Shown here: positions 38,062 to 50,720 of the stretch, one piece after another
Layout of the letters: each line of letters starts with the position of its first letter
How positions within the stretch are numbered: the stretch's first letter is position 1
Assembly (NCBI GenBank): GCA_030390025.1
Contig: CM059432.1
Span: forward strand, 18,230,001 to 18,294,000
DNA length: 64,000 nucleotides
From: Squalus acanthias
Taxonomy: Eukaryota
Direction: 5' to 3'
Notes under the pieces: model-generated
Databases searched by the model: none
What the model was told of the DNA's origin: nothing
Seen by the model: only the letters and a program-made list of their open reading frames with translations
Position numbers and translations under genes: made by a program

Positions 38062-40988
38062 GAGCTGCGAAATTCCATGTAGTAGCACTGGCCGTTAAGG
38101 CCGGTTTTCTTGCCTCGGCGGCCGCCACTTTGATTAGATTGACAATACTGCCATTGCCTGCACTCGCCTCTCCAATGTAAATGTGTGGATTGTGACGATA
38201 ATCGCGTGCAACCCCTGATTTGACGCACAATTGCGATTTTGGACGTGAGCTGCTTCATCAATGACCTTCCCTCCAACATAAGGTCAGAAATGGGGATGTT
38301 CGCTGATGACTGCACAGTGTTCAGCACCATTCACAATTCCTCAGATAATGAAGCAGTCCATGCTCGCATGCAACAAGACCTGGACGACTTTCAAGCTTGG
38401 GCTGATAAGTGGCAGGTAACATTCGCGCCACACAAGTGCCAGGCAATGACTATCTCCAACAAGCGAGAGTCTAACCATCGCCCCTTGACATTCAATGGCA
38501 TTACCATTGCCGAATCCCCCATCATCAACATCCTGGGGGGTCACCATTGACCAGACACTTATCTGGACCAGCCACATAAATACTGTGGCAACAAGAGCAG
38601 GTCAGAGGCTGGGTATTCTGCGGCGAGTGTCTCACCTCCTGACTCCCCAAAGCCTTTCCACCATCTACAAGGCACAAGTAAGGAGTGTGATGGAATACTC
38701 TCCACTTGCCTGGATGAGTGCAGCTCTAACAACACTCGAAGCTTGACAACATCCAGGACAAAGCAGCCCACTTGATTGGCATTCCATCCACAACTTTAAA
38801 CATTCACTCCCTCCACCACCGGCGTACCGTGGCTGCAGTGTGTATCATCTACAAGATGCACTGCAGCAACTCGCCATGGCTTCTTCAGCAGCACCTCCCA
38901 AACCCGTGACCTCTTCTACCTAGAAGGACAAGGGCAGCAGGTGTATGGGAACACCACCACCTCCAAGTTCCCCTTCAAGTCACACACCATCCTGACTTAG
39001 AAGTATATCGCCGATCCTTCATCGTCGCTGAGTCAAAATCCTGGAACTCCCTCCCTAACAGCACTGTGGGAGTACCATCACCACACGGACTGCAGCGGTT
39101 CAAGAAGGCAGCTCACCACCACCTTCTCAAGGGCAACTAGGGATGGGCAATAAATGCTGGCCTCGCCAGTGACGCCCACATCCCAAAAACAAATTAAAAA
39201 AAAACACCCTCTCCTAACCACGCAGGGAGAACGTGCGTGCAGCAGTTCTGCAGAGACATTGTCAACGCTTCTTAAAAGGACACACACATCTTTCAGGTAA
39301 GTTTCGATTTCAGCTTTCAGAGTGTTTTTTCATACTTTATTGGAGCAGTGGCTTGGTGCAATACATTTAAAAAGTTGGTAAAGAGTGTAGGGAGTGCAGG
39401 CAGTGCTGCTGGACGCTTGCAAGGATTGGATGTTAAAGGAAGGCCTCTGAGAAGACCACTTGCTCACAGTCCCGGGGACTCTAGCTGCAGTTCCCTCTTG
39501 GGCTGCAAAATCACATGGAGATGGAGCAGAGGCAGCAAAGGGGACAAGCTGCTCGCTTGAGGAGGAAGCAGAAGAGGAGGAAGCAGAAGAGGAGGAAGTG
39601 GAAGGAAGGAGTCAACCCAGACAACCTCTTTCTGGCCGGGATATCCGGGATGGAATCATCCGCTCGTGGTACCAGTGACCACAACCCCAATTCCCCTTTC
39701 CACATTTGTCCCACACTTTACCTTCCCTCTGTTACTGACCTTCACAGTGTCCTCTTGGCCACGATGCTGAAATAAAAGCCACCACAAAGCAAACTTTCCA
39801 ATCCAACTTTATCCATATATGCATCCAATATTACATCAAAAAATCAACGAATCACCCTTGTGCATTCCCTTAGTGACTGTCTTGCATGTACCTTTGCCTA
39901 TCTTAGTGATGTTACGCAGTGCTACCCCAGTGGCTGCAGCATGGCTAGTGGAAGGCTGCTGACTTTCAATGAGGGACACTGCAAATGGCTTTGCAAGATG
40001 ACCTCGAGGAGCTGGTGGCTGGGAGTGTGAAATCAAGTGACAGTGTTTCTTCTTCTTCACTCTTCTCTCCCTCTTCTTGGTCAACCACTGGCTGGTCAGG
40101 CTGGATTTCTTGGGTGTCTGAAATGAGGAAGGCACAAGGGTGGGGTTGTGGTGAGGGGAGGGCGGGAATGCAGGAGGTGCATGCTTACACCACGTGCAGC
40201 TTGTACACCAGAAGATATTGTTAGATAAGGGGTAAGTGGGATGTGAAAATGAGGATAACGTATGAGGATACCAGCATCTTGTACTCTTTTAGCCCCGCCA
40301 CTGAGCAAGGGCTCAGCCATGCCCCGGCCAAGAATGGCCAGCACCGTCTCCTCCAAGGAGGTGAGGTGAAGCTATGTGAGGTGAGCCTTGTGTTTGGTAA
40401 ACAGGTGAGTGATGGCGGGGGGTGGTGCATTGAGCAGAGTGTGAGGCTGGTGGTGCAGTTGGTAAGAGACGACTTTTGAAGACTTCTGGAGGGCCTCCTG
40501 GCCCCTGTGGGCAGAAGACCTCTCTTCCACTGTTGACCCCCTGCACGAAGCCTGAGTGCTGCGGGCGAGACCCTGGGTGCCCCTTCCCTGGCCCGTTGAG
40601 CCATTTGTGTTTGTGCTGAAGCACTTTTACCATTTTTGTGACATGTTCAGCTTTGAGAGCTAAAGACTGCCTAGTTTAGAATGATGTTTAATGTTTTTTT
40701 TTCAGAAGGCCGTTAAGCTTTAAGGGCTCGAGACTGCTTTTTAAGATGACAGCCTTGCTTCTGCAGAACGCAGCCTCGCTCCTGGGACGCTAAAGCGACG
40801 CGACATTGGGCCTCCTGCTGAGCGCACAGCCTGACGCAGTGCGTTCGTCGCTGGACTGCGCGCTGAAATCATTCAAATCAGCAGGCAGCACCAAAGTAAC
40901 GTGCTGCCTATGATTTTTAAATGGGTGCGAGTCAATCTCGCCCCGCGGTGCCACCACCTGTTTTCGGGCCTTATCGAATTTCCAGGCC
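38062..40988. mobile_element. Multiply deleted Harbinger element, interrupted by a family-B LINE
   Basis: Poly-Glu transposase tail at about 39555-39610 (+), Myb start MAQRAREGAPRVS at 40604 (-), and terminus GAATTTCCAGGCC at 40988. The left boundary is uncertain. Confidence 0.6.
38247..39204 (+). mobile_element. Family-B LINE 3' end
   Basis: SCFINDLPSNIRSEMGMFADDCTVF through to the A-tail. Confidence 0.9.
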
Positions 40989-41354
40989 AGTTTCTTTGTA
41001 TCTGCCCTATCGAATGCCTTGATCATTTTAGACAGCTCCATTAAATCACATTTAATTATAATTACAATTCTTCTGGCTTGGATGTATTGGGTCGTGTAAT
41101 CTAAGTTAACTCAGCTGCTTTCTGCCAACGGCACCCAGGGTTTTTGCTTTCTGGGCTGGATAAGTGTTTACCGTGGAGCCTTGGGGCCCACATGTAAAGA
41201 TTAAATCCACATTCCCATTAATGTTCCTATATCTCAAACCGCTGATACCACCAGTTCTTGTTGTTTTGATTTAAGATTTATCCACCGACCAGGCAACCGT
41301 GCTAAAAATAGCCCTTTCCGAATCCCCAGATCAAATTGAAACAGGTCAAGCAAC

Positions 41355-41572
41355 TTCCTTACCCAGAGAGTGGTGAGAATGTGGAACTTACTACCACATG
41401 GAGTGGTTGAGGCGAATAGCAAAGGTGTATTTAAGGAGAAGCTAGAAAAGTACATGAGGGAGAAAGGATTTGGGGTGAGATAAAATAAGGTGGGAGGAGG
41501 CTCATGCGGAGTATAAACACTGGCATAGACCAGTTGGACTGAACGTCCTGTTTCTGTGCTGTAAATTCTGTG
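41355..41572 (+). mobile_element. CR1 LINE 3' tip
   Basis: acccagagagtggtgagaatgtggaac...cctgtttctgtgctgtaaattctgtg. Confidence 0.8.
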
Positions 41573-42020
41573 ACCAGCCAGCAAATAAGAAATAAAAGAG
41601 CAAATAGGACTGAGTGGCCAGGACTTCAAGATTTGTATTGCCCGATCCTGTGGACCATGTAAAGGTTGGGCACCCCTGCTTTATGTACGACCGCCTCAAT
41701 TCTTTTCCTCAAGTTTTCGCCCTCTTTATCTTCTGAGAGCAATGATTTATTCTGGGATACGGTTCAACGGGCGCAAGTGTCTCCCCAGTAACTCACCCCA
41801 GTGTTTATTCTCATGTTGAAGCCTTGTTAGTGAGTGCTGGCAGGTTGCTTGGGTATGGAAGGGCAACATAGCTGAGCCAAGTGGCCCAGCTTTAGTGCAA
41901 CAATGGTAACCTTGACCTATTACAATAGCAAAATACTGCGGATGCTGGAAATCTGAAATAGCAACAGAAAATGCTGGAAACACTCAGCAGGTCAGGCAGC
42001 ATCTGTGGAGAGAGAAACAG

Positions 42021-42057
42021 AGTCAACGTTTCGAGTCGGGGACCCTTCGTCAGAACT
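42021..42057 (-). ncRNA. Minimal type I hammerhead ribozyme motif
   Basis: The minus strand reads agtt-CTGACGA-a-GGGTC-ccc-GACTC-GAAA-cg-TT-gact. Confidence 0.75.
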
Positions 42058-42143
42058 GGAAAAGGTTAGAGAAGTAACAGATTTTTAAGATTTTCCTTGC
42101 CCCTGCACTTGCTTAAAAATCTGTTGCTTCTCTAAACTTTTCC

Positions 42144-42180
42144 AGTTCTGACGAAGGGTCCCTGACCCGAAACGTTGACT
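42144..42180 (+). ncRNA. Minimal type I hammerhead ribozyme motif
   Basis: agtt-CTGACGA(42148-42154)-a-GGGTC-cct-GACCC-GAAA-cg-TT-gact. Stem I agtt/gact, palindromic AACGTT stem III, predicted cut after 42176. Confidence 0.78.
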
Positions 42181-42333
42181 CTGTTTCGCTGTCCTCGACA
42201 CTGCATGACCGCCTGAGTGTTTCCAGCATTTTCCGGTGACCCTGACCTAGGTCAGCTAACTCAGCACAAGCTGAAGATCATACCTCGGACTTTCGCAGGG
42301 TGTATGTTTCAGTACCATACCAGGAGACGCATT

Positions 42334-43072
42334 GGCCCAGATTCTGCCGGACCAACAATAACGTACGCACAGCGTACGCCATCGTAAGTACTCACAAAGG
42401 CCCCGCAGGTTCCAGCTTTCCGCATACACTGCGTATATGCGAAAACCCGGAACTTGCGATCTTTCAAGTTTCTCCTTGACAAATTGCCCGCAAGCGCCCC
42501 AAAAACACTTCCGCTGGCGCATAGTGGGGCTATTTGCCCAACTACTGCCCAGCGAATGCCCTCGAAACCCTTACGCCTGATAAAAGCAGTAAGGGTTAAA
42601 ATAAATGTTAAATTAAAATTATAAAAATGATTAAAACATACAAAAACATTTAAAATTAGTTCATGTAAATTATGGGCCGGAATAAATTGTTTTTATTATT
42701 TTTCAAAACATTACATTTTTATTTTAAATGCTTAATCAAAGGGTCTTTTAATTAATTTTGATCATGGGAATATTTATTTTGATTAGAATTGTATTTTATT
42801 TGGGCATTCCTAATATGCTTATGGGGATTCCGTTCATAAATGGAATCCCCATAAGCTTATGAGGAATCCCCATTTCTAATTGGCTGGCCTGGCCTACATG
42901 ATCCCAGGGACGCTTCCGAACCGCCTGCGCCCCTGGGATCCGTGGGCCTTTGCGCCGGCGTATGCCTGGAGGCCCAGGACCCGAAGACTCCGGAGATACC
43001 AGGTACTTGGGGATTTTTTTTCGGGTCGAAGGCGTACTCCGGAGGTACGCCTCTGACCACAAATTCAGGGCC
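42334..43072. mobile_element. Harbinger-type MITE, AT-rich core
   Basis: Ends GGCCCAGATT and AAATTCAGGGCC with TSD ATT. The right arm is related to 51300-51400. Confidence 0.85.
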
Positions 43073-43602
43073 ATTTATGTTTGGGGCCGTTTGCAATGCT
43101 GGTACATTGACTCAATAATTTAGTGTTTGAAAGACTGTTATTATGCTACAATGAAGTTAACTGTTTTACGTTACAATCTTTAAGAAATGCCCTCATTCTA
43201 CTTATTAAAATTCATAATTTATTTCACATCACTTTAGCAGCCATAAATATTAAAACACTTAGTTAAAATTTAATGTCTAATTACTAAATGTTTTGCCTCA
43301 GGAACTTGTCGCTTTACATGAATTGTGTTAGTTGCACAATGACACATACCTCTATTCCTCAAGATTGCAGCTGAGGTTATATATATAATTGGTTGAGTCA
43401 TACCGTTTATAAAAGGCAATATTTTGCGCTCATCGAAGTTAAGGATGTCAATACTGGGGAATAGAATACCCTTCCACTTTCGTTACCTTATAGTCCCTGG
43501 CCAAGTATGGAAAGGGCCAGATGCTGATAGACTATCTCCTTAGACAGTCCCATTAATACAAATCCAAACTGCGATCTCAGCTGGGCATTTCTCATTGCAC
43601 CA

Positions 43603-44105
43603 GTCTTCTTCTTAGGCAGTCCCTCGGAACCGAGGATGACTTCCTTCCACATTAAAAATGAGTTCTCAGGTGACTGATGAGTCCAATGCGGGACCTACAG
43701 TCTCTGTCACAGGTGGGGCAGACGGTGGTTGAAGGGGCGGGTGGGTGGGTGGGGTGCTTGGGTTGACGTGCGCTCCTTGCGCTGCTTGCACTTGGCTTCC
43801 GCTTGCTCCCGGCGAAGAGACTCGAGGTGTTCGGCGCCTTCCCGGATGCTTCTCCTCCACTTTGTGCGGTCTTGGGCCAGGGATTCCCAGGTGTCGGTGG
43901 GGATGTTGCACTTTTTCAAGGAGGCTTTGAGGGTGTCCTTGAAGCGTTTCCTCTGCCCACCTGGGGCTCTCTTGCCATGTCGGAGCTCCGAGTAGAGCGC
44001 TTGTTTTGGGAGTCTCGTATCGGGCATGCGGACGATGTGACCCGTCCATTGGAGCTGATCGAGCGTGGTCAAAGCTTCGGTGCTGGGGATGTTGGCCTGA
44101 GCGAG
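43603..44105 (-). mobile_element. RTE-clade LINE 3' end
   Basis: QLQWTGHIVRMPDTRLPKQALYSEL..GKRAPGGQRKRFKDTLK, followed by a C-terminal zinc-finger remnant and a (GAA)n tail. Confidence 0.9.
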
Positions 44106-44964
44106 AACAGTTCGATTTCACCCAGCAGCCAGCAAAACAGCTAATTAATGCCAATTTATACCAAACGATGGGCAGTTTTATGCTGTGGACCAAGAGACAG
44201 CACTAGGTTGGCACTAACCAAACAAATTTTGCCGGATACTTTTACAGCTGACAGAGAAATGGGACTGCCCAACCGAAGTCCAAGAAGTGAAAGCACAGTA
44301 TGCCACCCTACTGAGCCACCCAGGCCCAACCCATAGAAGCATTCTTTAAAATGTTTTTTATTTTTACCCCATTCGCAAAACAACAGAGTAAAATTTGGTG
44401 AAAGTGCTGAAATTATTCTAACAGTGCAGATTCAATCTGCTGCTACAATGGGGCATTCTATAGCTGACCATTCATGAAACGAAGTGATGTTATCACATCA
44501 CATAGCAACAGACTGAGCAACCTGATATTACCATGGAGCCTCCTATCTGGAATGACTGAGAGCTGAATTGAGATGCGGTACAACTTCACAATAAGCCTGA
44601 CAAGAGAGTGATTGATTAATATTTTCTGATACAGACCAGTTCAATAGGTGACCTGCACAAATACTTGATCCTTTGGGGGACTGACAGAGTGAGAATGAGG
44701 TAAGACACAAATTCAAAGGATGAAGACTGACCTTGGCGCTAGAACACCATAGTGCCCCTTTGTTGTGGGATGTTGAGAATCTTAACGCACAGTGTGTCTG
44801 ATCTTGGATATGCTACCAGGGCATAATACCAAGTGAAAGGCAAAGAAAAATAACGTGTAATATGTCCAGACATACTTTAGTGAATTTCCTAGCAATTGGC
44901 TCAAGAGCAGATTGGTAGATCCTGGGAAACGGTCAGTGGCTGCCTTTGTGGTTGGGAATGATAT

Positions 44965-45551
44965 TTACAGCACTTTACAGCCAAGAAAGTACTTTTCAAG
45001 TGTAGTCACTATTGTAATATAGGAATGGCGGCAGACAATTTTGCTCACAGCAAGCCCCCCACAAACAGCAATGTGACAACGGCCGGAGAATCTGTTTCAG
45101 CGATGTTGATTGAGGGATAAATATTGGCCAGGACACCAGGGATAACTCCTCTGCTCTTCATTGAAATCGTGCCATGGGATCTTTTACGTCCACCTGAGAG
45201 AGCAGACGGGGCCTCGGTTTAACATTGCATTCCGAAAGTGCAATGCTCCCTCAGTACTGCACTGGAGTGTCAGCCTATGATTTATTGGCCCAGAAATTGG
45301 ACTTCGATGGTTGCCGCGGGGGTAAGGATCCCCCGCGATATCGCACTCTGCGCCTGCCTTTATGGTTTTGGCCCACACGAACTTCAGTTCCTGGGCCTCT
45401 CCCTGGTGCCGGTGCGCAGTGTGTGTGTGTCCCAGAGGCGCAATTAGTTCGATGCGACCTCCCATTGTGTTCAAGTCTCTGGTGTGGGACTTGAACTCAC
45501 GACCTTCTGACTCAAAGGCAAAAGTGCTACCCACTGAGCCACGGCTGACAC
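44965..45551 (-). mobile_element. Deu-domain SINE containing a one-ended MITE fragment (~45287-45463)
   Basis: Reverse-complement SINE. The insert starts GGCCCAGAAATT and matches the reverse complement of 51305-51486. Confidence 0.82.
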
Positions 45552-46479
45552 TGGCATGGCAAGGGTACACCTGATAAGGGAAGTAGTGATAACGAATGGG
45601 GAAACCATGGTTTAAATATTATACAGCCCCAGATACCAGTTTTCTCTGCTGTAGTTATGAAGTTTATTTTAAACAGAGTTAATGCACCAGAGCAATTCTG
45701 AATCCTTTTTCTTTCAAATAGCAGTTCTGAAATTTCCCTTTCATTAAATAATTTAGGGAGAGTCCATTGTAATGGAAATTGTATTGTGGTGTGCAGGAAG
45801 GCCAATGTGCTGAATGGCATGTCCCTATTCCATGCTTTCCTATAGTTATATTTCCTGCACTGAAAAAATCCATTTGGTGAGTCTGATTGTGTGCTTAGGT
45901 CCTATAAATAGCAACAATCCAGAAGGCAACAGTTCAGAAGCACCTCAGTGTATTATTGTAGAGGTTACATCAATTCAGTTGATATGTAAGATTTACTTGT
46001 TCTGTATGCTCGATGCACAACAACAGGATCCACTTACAGGCAGCTGTAACAGGAAAAGAATTTCATGTATTTGTCTTAATGCATTTGAACTTGATGGTTA
46101 CTGAAAGGACAGAAAGACTTTCTAGAAATTCTATTGTGGGCCATGGAGCAAGTTAGAGATTTCTCCAGCCTAATGCATCTTTCAACACTTCTGGTTAACA
46201 CTTTATTTGATTCTGTGTGCACAGAGCTCCAAGACACTCGCCAATAAAGTTGGCCCTGCAGTATCCGTTTTCATCGATAGGAACATAGCAACATAGGAAC
46301 AGGAGTAAGCCGTTTAGCCTCTTGAGCCTGTTCTGCCATTCAATGAGATCATGGCTAATCTGTGACCTAACTCCATATACCCGTCTTTGCCTCATATCCC
46401 TTAATACCTTTGGTTAACAAAAATCTATCAATCCCATTTAAAATTAATAACTGACCTCACATCAACTGCTGTTTGCTGA

Positions 46480-46940
46480 AAAGAAAAAGAAAGACTTGCA
46501 TTTATATAGCGCCTCTCACAACCAGGACGTCCCAAAGCGCTTTACAGCCAATGAAGTACGTTTGAAGTGTAGTCAGTGTAGGAAACACGGCAGCCAATTT
46601 GCACACAGCAAGCTCCCACAAACAGCAATGTGGTAATGATCAGATAATCTGCTTTAGTGATGGTGATTGAAGGATAAATATTGGTCAGGACACCGGGGAG
46701 AGCTCCCTTGCTCTTCTTCAAAATAGTACCATGGGATCTTTTACATCCACCTGAGAGAGCAGATGGGGCCTCGGTTTAACAGCTCATCTGAAAGACGGCA
46801 CCTCCGACAGTGCAGCACCCCCTCAGCACTGCACTGGAGTTTCAGCTTAGATTTTTGTGCTTAAGTCTCTGAAGTGGGACTTGAACCCACAACTTTCATA
46901 ACTCAGAGGCGAGAGTGCTGCCCACTGAGCCACGGTGGAC
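46480..46940 (-). mobile_element. Full-length Deu-domain SINE
   Basis: Reverse complement of the 29855-30316 type. Confidence 0.9.
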
Positions 46941-47299
46941 ATTTCAACCACCCTTTGCGTGTAGAACTGTTTCCTAACTTCACTCCTGAAAGGCCTGGCT
47001 CTCACTTTTAGGCTATGTCCCCTGGACTCCCCAACCAGCGAAATAGTTTCTCTCTATCCCATCAGTTCCCCTTAATATCTTGAAAATCGCTCAAATCACC
47101 CCTTAACCTTCTAAATTCCAGGGAATACAACCCTAATTTGTGTAATCTTTCCTCGTAATTTAAACCTTGAAGTCCAGGTATCATTCTAGTAAATCTACGC
47201 TGCACTCCCTCCAAGGCCAATATATCCATCCTAAGGTCTGGTGCCCAGAACTGAACACAATGGTGTAAAAATTCGGTACCTTAGCGCCTCCCGTTAGCG

Positions 47300-48035
47300 C
47301 CAGAGAAGCAGGACGAGCGTGCATGCGGCTTTGCCAGGATAGCGGGATTCCCCATGGTGCAGGCTGCCGTTGACTGCACCTACGTGGCTTTGCGGGCACC
47401 CCGTAACAATCCTGACATCTTCCGTAACCGCAAAGGCTGCCACTCACTTAATGTGCAGTTGGTGTGCGACCACAGTCAGCGAATCCTCAATGTGAATGCC
47501 TGCTATCCTGGCAGCAGTCACGATGCCTTCATCCTGTGCCAGCACTCTTCCAGCCACCACATGAAACTCGCGGCTGGCTGCACCGAGACAAGGGCTATCC
47601 GCTCTCCACCTGGCTCATGACTCCCCTCCGCAACCCCAACACTCCTGCCCAGCACTCATATAATGACAGCCATGCTGCCACCAGGAACATCATCGAGCAG
47701 ACCATCAGGATGCTCAAGCAAAGGTTTCACTGCCTTGACCGCTCAGGAGGAGCCCTCCAGTACTCGGCTGAGAGGGTCTCCCATTTTGTGGTGGTCTGCT
47801 GCATGCTCCACAACTTGGCCATCATGAGGGCCCAGCCCTTGCCACCAGGGATTGCGGGACCACCTCAGGAGGAGGACGAGTGAGAGGAGGAGGAGGAGGA
47901 CGAGGAGGACGAGAAGGAAGAGGAAGAAGAGGAGGACGAGGAGGAGGAGGAACAGGAGCGAGGGAAGAGACAGCCACTCAATCGGCCTTCTGGAAGGGCA
48001 GTTTGTGATCGCCACATCAGACTGCGGTTCCAATA
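47300..48035 (+). pseudogene. Harbinger transposase C-terminal half, frameshifted
   Basis: [40 protein letters not shown] and a poly-Glu tail. Confidence 0.9.
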
Positions 48036-48251
48036 AATTAAATCCCAGATCCCAGTTGCTCACCACAGCCCCAACATTCTATCCCTGTCACAGGCCATAA
48101 CACAGCGCAAAGCTGAAATGAGACTCATCACAAAGGAATCCATACTGAATTAATAAATTTATCAATAATCAGTGAACACATATTTACACCAAAAATATCA
48201 ACTATTCACCCTTGTGCAATCCTTTAGTGTCTCTCATTACTGTGCCTTTGC

Positions 48252-50050
48252 CTACTCTAGTGCTCCTACGAAGTGTTGGCCCTGTGGCTGCAGCACGAAT
48301 GGTGGAAGGCTGCTGGAGACTTCTGATGGCCTTGCAGGACGCCCTCGACCAGCTCTGGGCCTGGAAGGCCCGGCTGTAGACTGCACCACTTCAGTATGGG
48401 TGGCAGCAGTCTGGGCTGGCTGGATGACAGGCAGCAACAAGGGCAATGGATGAGTGGCAGTGGTGGGAGCAGGAATCCTGGCATCTTGAGAGAGGACAGC
48501 AGGTTCCTGCTCCACTGACCCACTGCCACTCCCCTGGGGCAGCACCTAGCAATCTGTTCTAGCAAGTGAAAGCCCCGGTCGACAGTGGTAGACCCAGCCA
48601 CGATGGCAGCAGTCAGAGCTTGCATGGCATCAACCTGAGACTGATGAGAGCAGTTTGAGATTGGATGCCACCAAGCAAAGACTGCATTACAACACGAAGA
48701 CATTGCGTCACTTCCACTTGTGCTGCAATGGAAGTTGCCAGATTGCCCATCACACACGGCATCAGGTCTGGGTCGCCACGGTCTCTCTGGGAGTCTGCCA
48801 TCCTTTGCAGACTGGAAATGATGGGCTCCATGGTGTGCGCAGAGCTCTGTGCAATGTTGGAGGTGGACTCCTCCACTCTCTTTATCATTGCCGAGAGGCT
48901 CTCGGGCACCCTTGCCATTGCACTTATCATCTCCGTGTGCATGCCCATCACCCTTCTTCTAAACGCCTCCCCATCGAGGTCCTTATCTGAGTCCTGTGCA
49001 GCAGAACTTCCGCGCGAACTCGCCTTCCGTGGAGCTGGCCCCCGAGCTACCCTTTCCCCCTGGTCTTGCTGCAGCCCATTCGTCCCCAGTGCCACATCCT
49101 GTGCGGATCCCGCTACTATACTAGCCTCTAAAGAATGCATAGTACCAGTATCTGAGCTGGTGCCTGCGGGTGAGATATGCAGTGATGCGGTGTGTTCTTC
49201 CTCCTACTCCTCCTCTTCTCCCCCCTCGCTCTCTGCGGTGCCATCATGGACAGGTGCTTGCTCATTATCTGAAAACATAAAGGCACAAGAGTTGGGTTAA
49301 GGTGAGGGGAGGGGGGGCAGGAAGGGAGAACTGCATGCATACAGCATGATTAGCTGGAAAGTGCGAAAGGGTGAGGGGGAAGTGGGTTGTGAGAAGAAGG
49401 AGTAGGGATGAACATACCGTTGTTGTCCCCAAGGGGGTCAATATCGCCAGTGGCAATGGCGCCCATCACCTGGTGCCCAATAATCTGCAGCACTCTATTC
49501 TCCAGCGCAGACAGTGGTTGGGTATTGGGTTGTCCCCCGCCTGTGCGCTCCTGCTCCGTCCTGTTTTGAGCCACCTTGGCCTGCAAGAGAAAGGAAAGTG
49601 TGTGAGTGATTGTGGAGCAATGTGTTTGGGTGATGTGCCTGGCATAGTTGAATAGCTGTCATTGTGTGCAAGGTGTGAGATGTGGGTGTGAGTGTTGGTA
49701 GGTAGAGATTGTTGGTGGGTGAGTGCTGGGGGTGTGGTGCTTTGGGCAGTGTGTGTAGACTATGGTTCAGATGGTGGTATGTAGCATTTGTTGAAGCATT
49801 GACTCACCCTGACCACTCGAGTGAGGTCGTTAAATTTCTTCCTGCACTCTGTGCAGGTCCTGGGGACCACAGTGCTGCCTGAGATGTGCTGCGCTACCTC
49901 CCTCCACATGGAGCGGAAGACTTGCGGTGAAGGCCTACTGCCACCTGCTGGGTAGACCAGCGCCCTCCGTCTCTCCACAGCGAACACCAACGTCTCCAAT
50001 ACTTGATCGCAGAATCTACCGGCTCTCTCCCTGGGGTGTGAATCTGCCAT
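48252..50050 (-). pseudogene. Harbinger Myb/SANT-like DNA-binding protein, 3 exons (50050-49808, 49580-49418, 49268-48252); exon 3 disrupted
   Basis: RFCDQVLETLV..VERRR..W..VA...RT..ECRKKFNDL trihelix signature, with GTGAGT and GTATGT donors and CAG acceptors. Confidence 0.85.
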
Positions 50051-50720
50051 GAGTACAGCTGCTTCAGTTGTCTGGCTCCTTCTCCTTGACCTGCTGCAGC
50101 TTGCTGAGGCAGCTGCACAGCCAGCAACGCTGAAAATGAGGTTCTGCAGCATCAATGAACCTCCCCTTTAAGAACTGGAAAAAGCCTGTGGCAATGATGA
50201 CTTGCGATTAGACTGCACGCAATATTGGTCCCCCCTTTGAGTGTACCGCCAATGAGCTTGGGCTGTAAGACTTGAATTAGCGCTCCAATCATTTCTTTGA
50301 GCAGTGAGCAGGAATTTTGCGTTCATTCTAAAGCATTAGCGCCTTGCGCTATTTCTCCAACTTTTCTATACTACCGCCCATTTCTGGGCTATAATCAATT
50401 TCTAGCCCAATGTGTTCTAACACAAGGTGTGGTCGAACCAGGGCTTTGTGTAGTTGTAGCATGAATTCTACCCCCTTGTATTCTAGTCCTGTAGATATAA
50501 AGGCCATTAGCCTTTTTGATTATTTTCTGTACCTGTCCATGACATTTTAATAATCTATGTACATGGACCTCTAAGTCTCTTTGGACCTCCACTGTTTCTA
50601 GCTTTTCACCATTTAGAAATATTCTGATCTATCCTGTTTAGGCCCGAAGTGGATGGCCTCACACTTGTCTACATTGAAATCCATTTGCCACAGTTTTTCC
50701 CATTCACTTAATCTATTAAT

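Larger units (their letters stand above)
41920..42234. mobile_element. Fold-back Penelope pseudo-LTR mini-element
   Basis: Inverted arms 41967-42089 and 42112-42233. Flanking 15-bp direct repeat GGTAACCTTGACCTA / GGTGACCCTGACCTA (13/15 identical). Confidence 0.8.
47262..50408 (+). mobile_element. Harbinger element with a 5' transposase deletion
   Basis: Ends GGTGTAAAAATT and AATTTCTAGCCC with TSD AAT within a CR1. About 40 bp of left end is fused directly to mid-transposase sequence. Confidence 0.88.

Noticed and set aside
43674..43710. CTGATGA-GTCC...GGAC resembling a hammerhead
   Set aside because: GAAA is missing after the stem, and the sequence is the antisense of the RTE C-terminal coding region.
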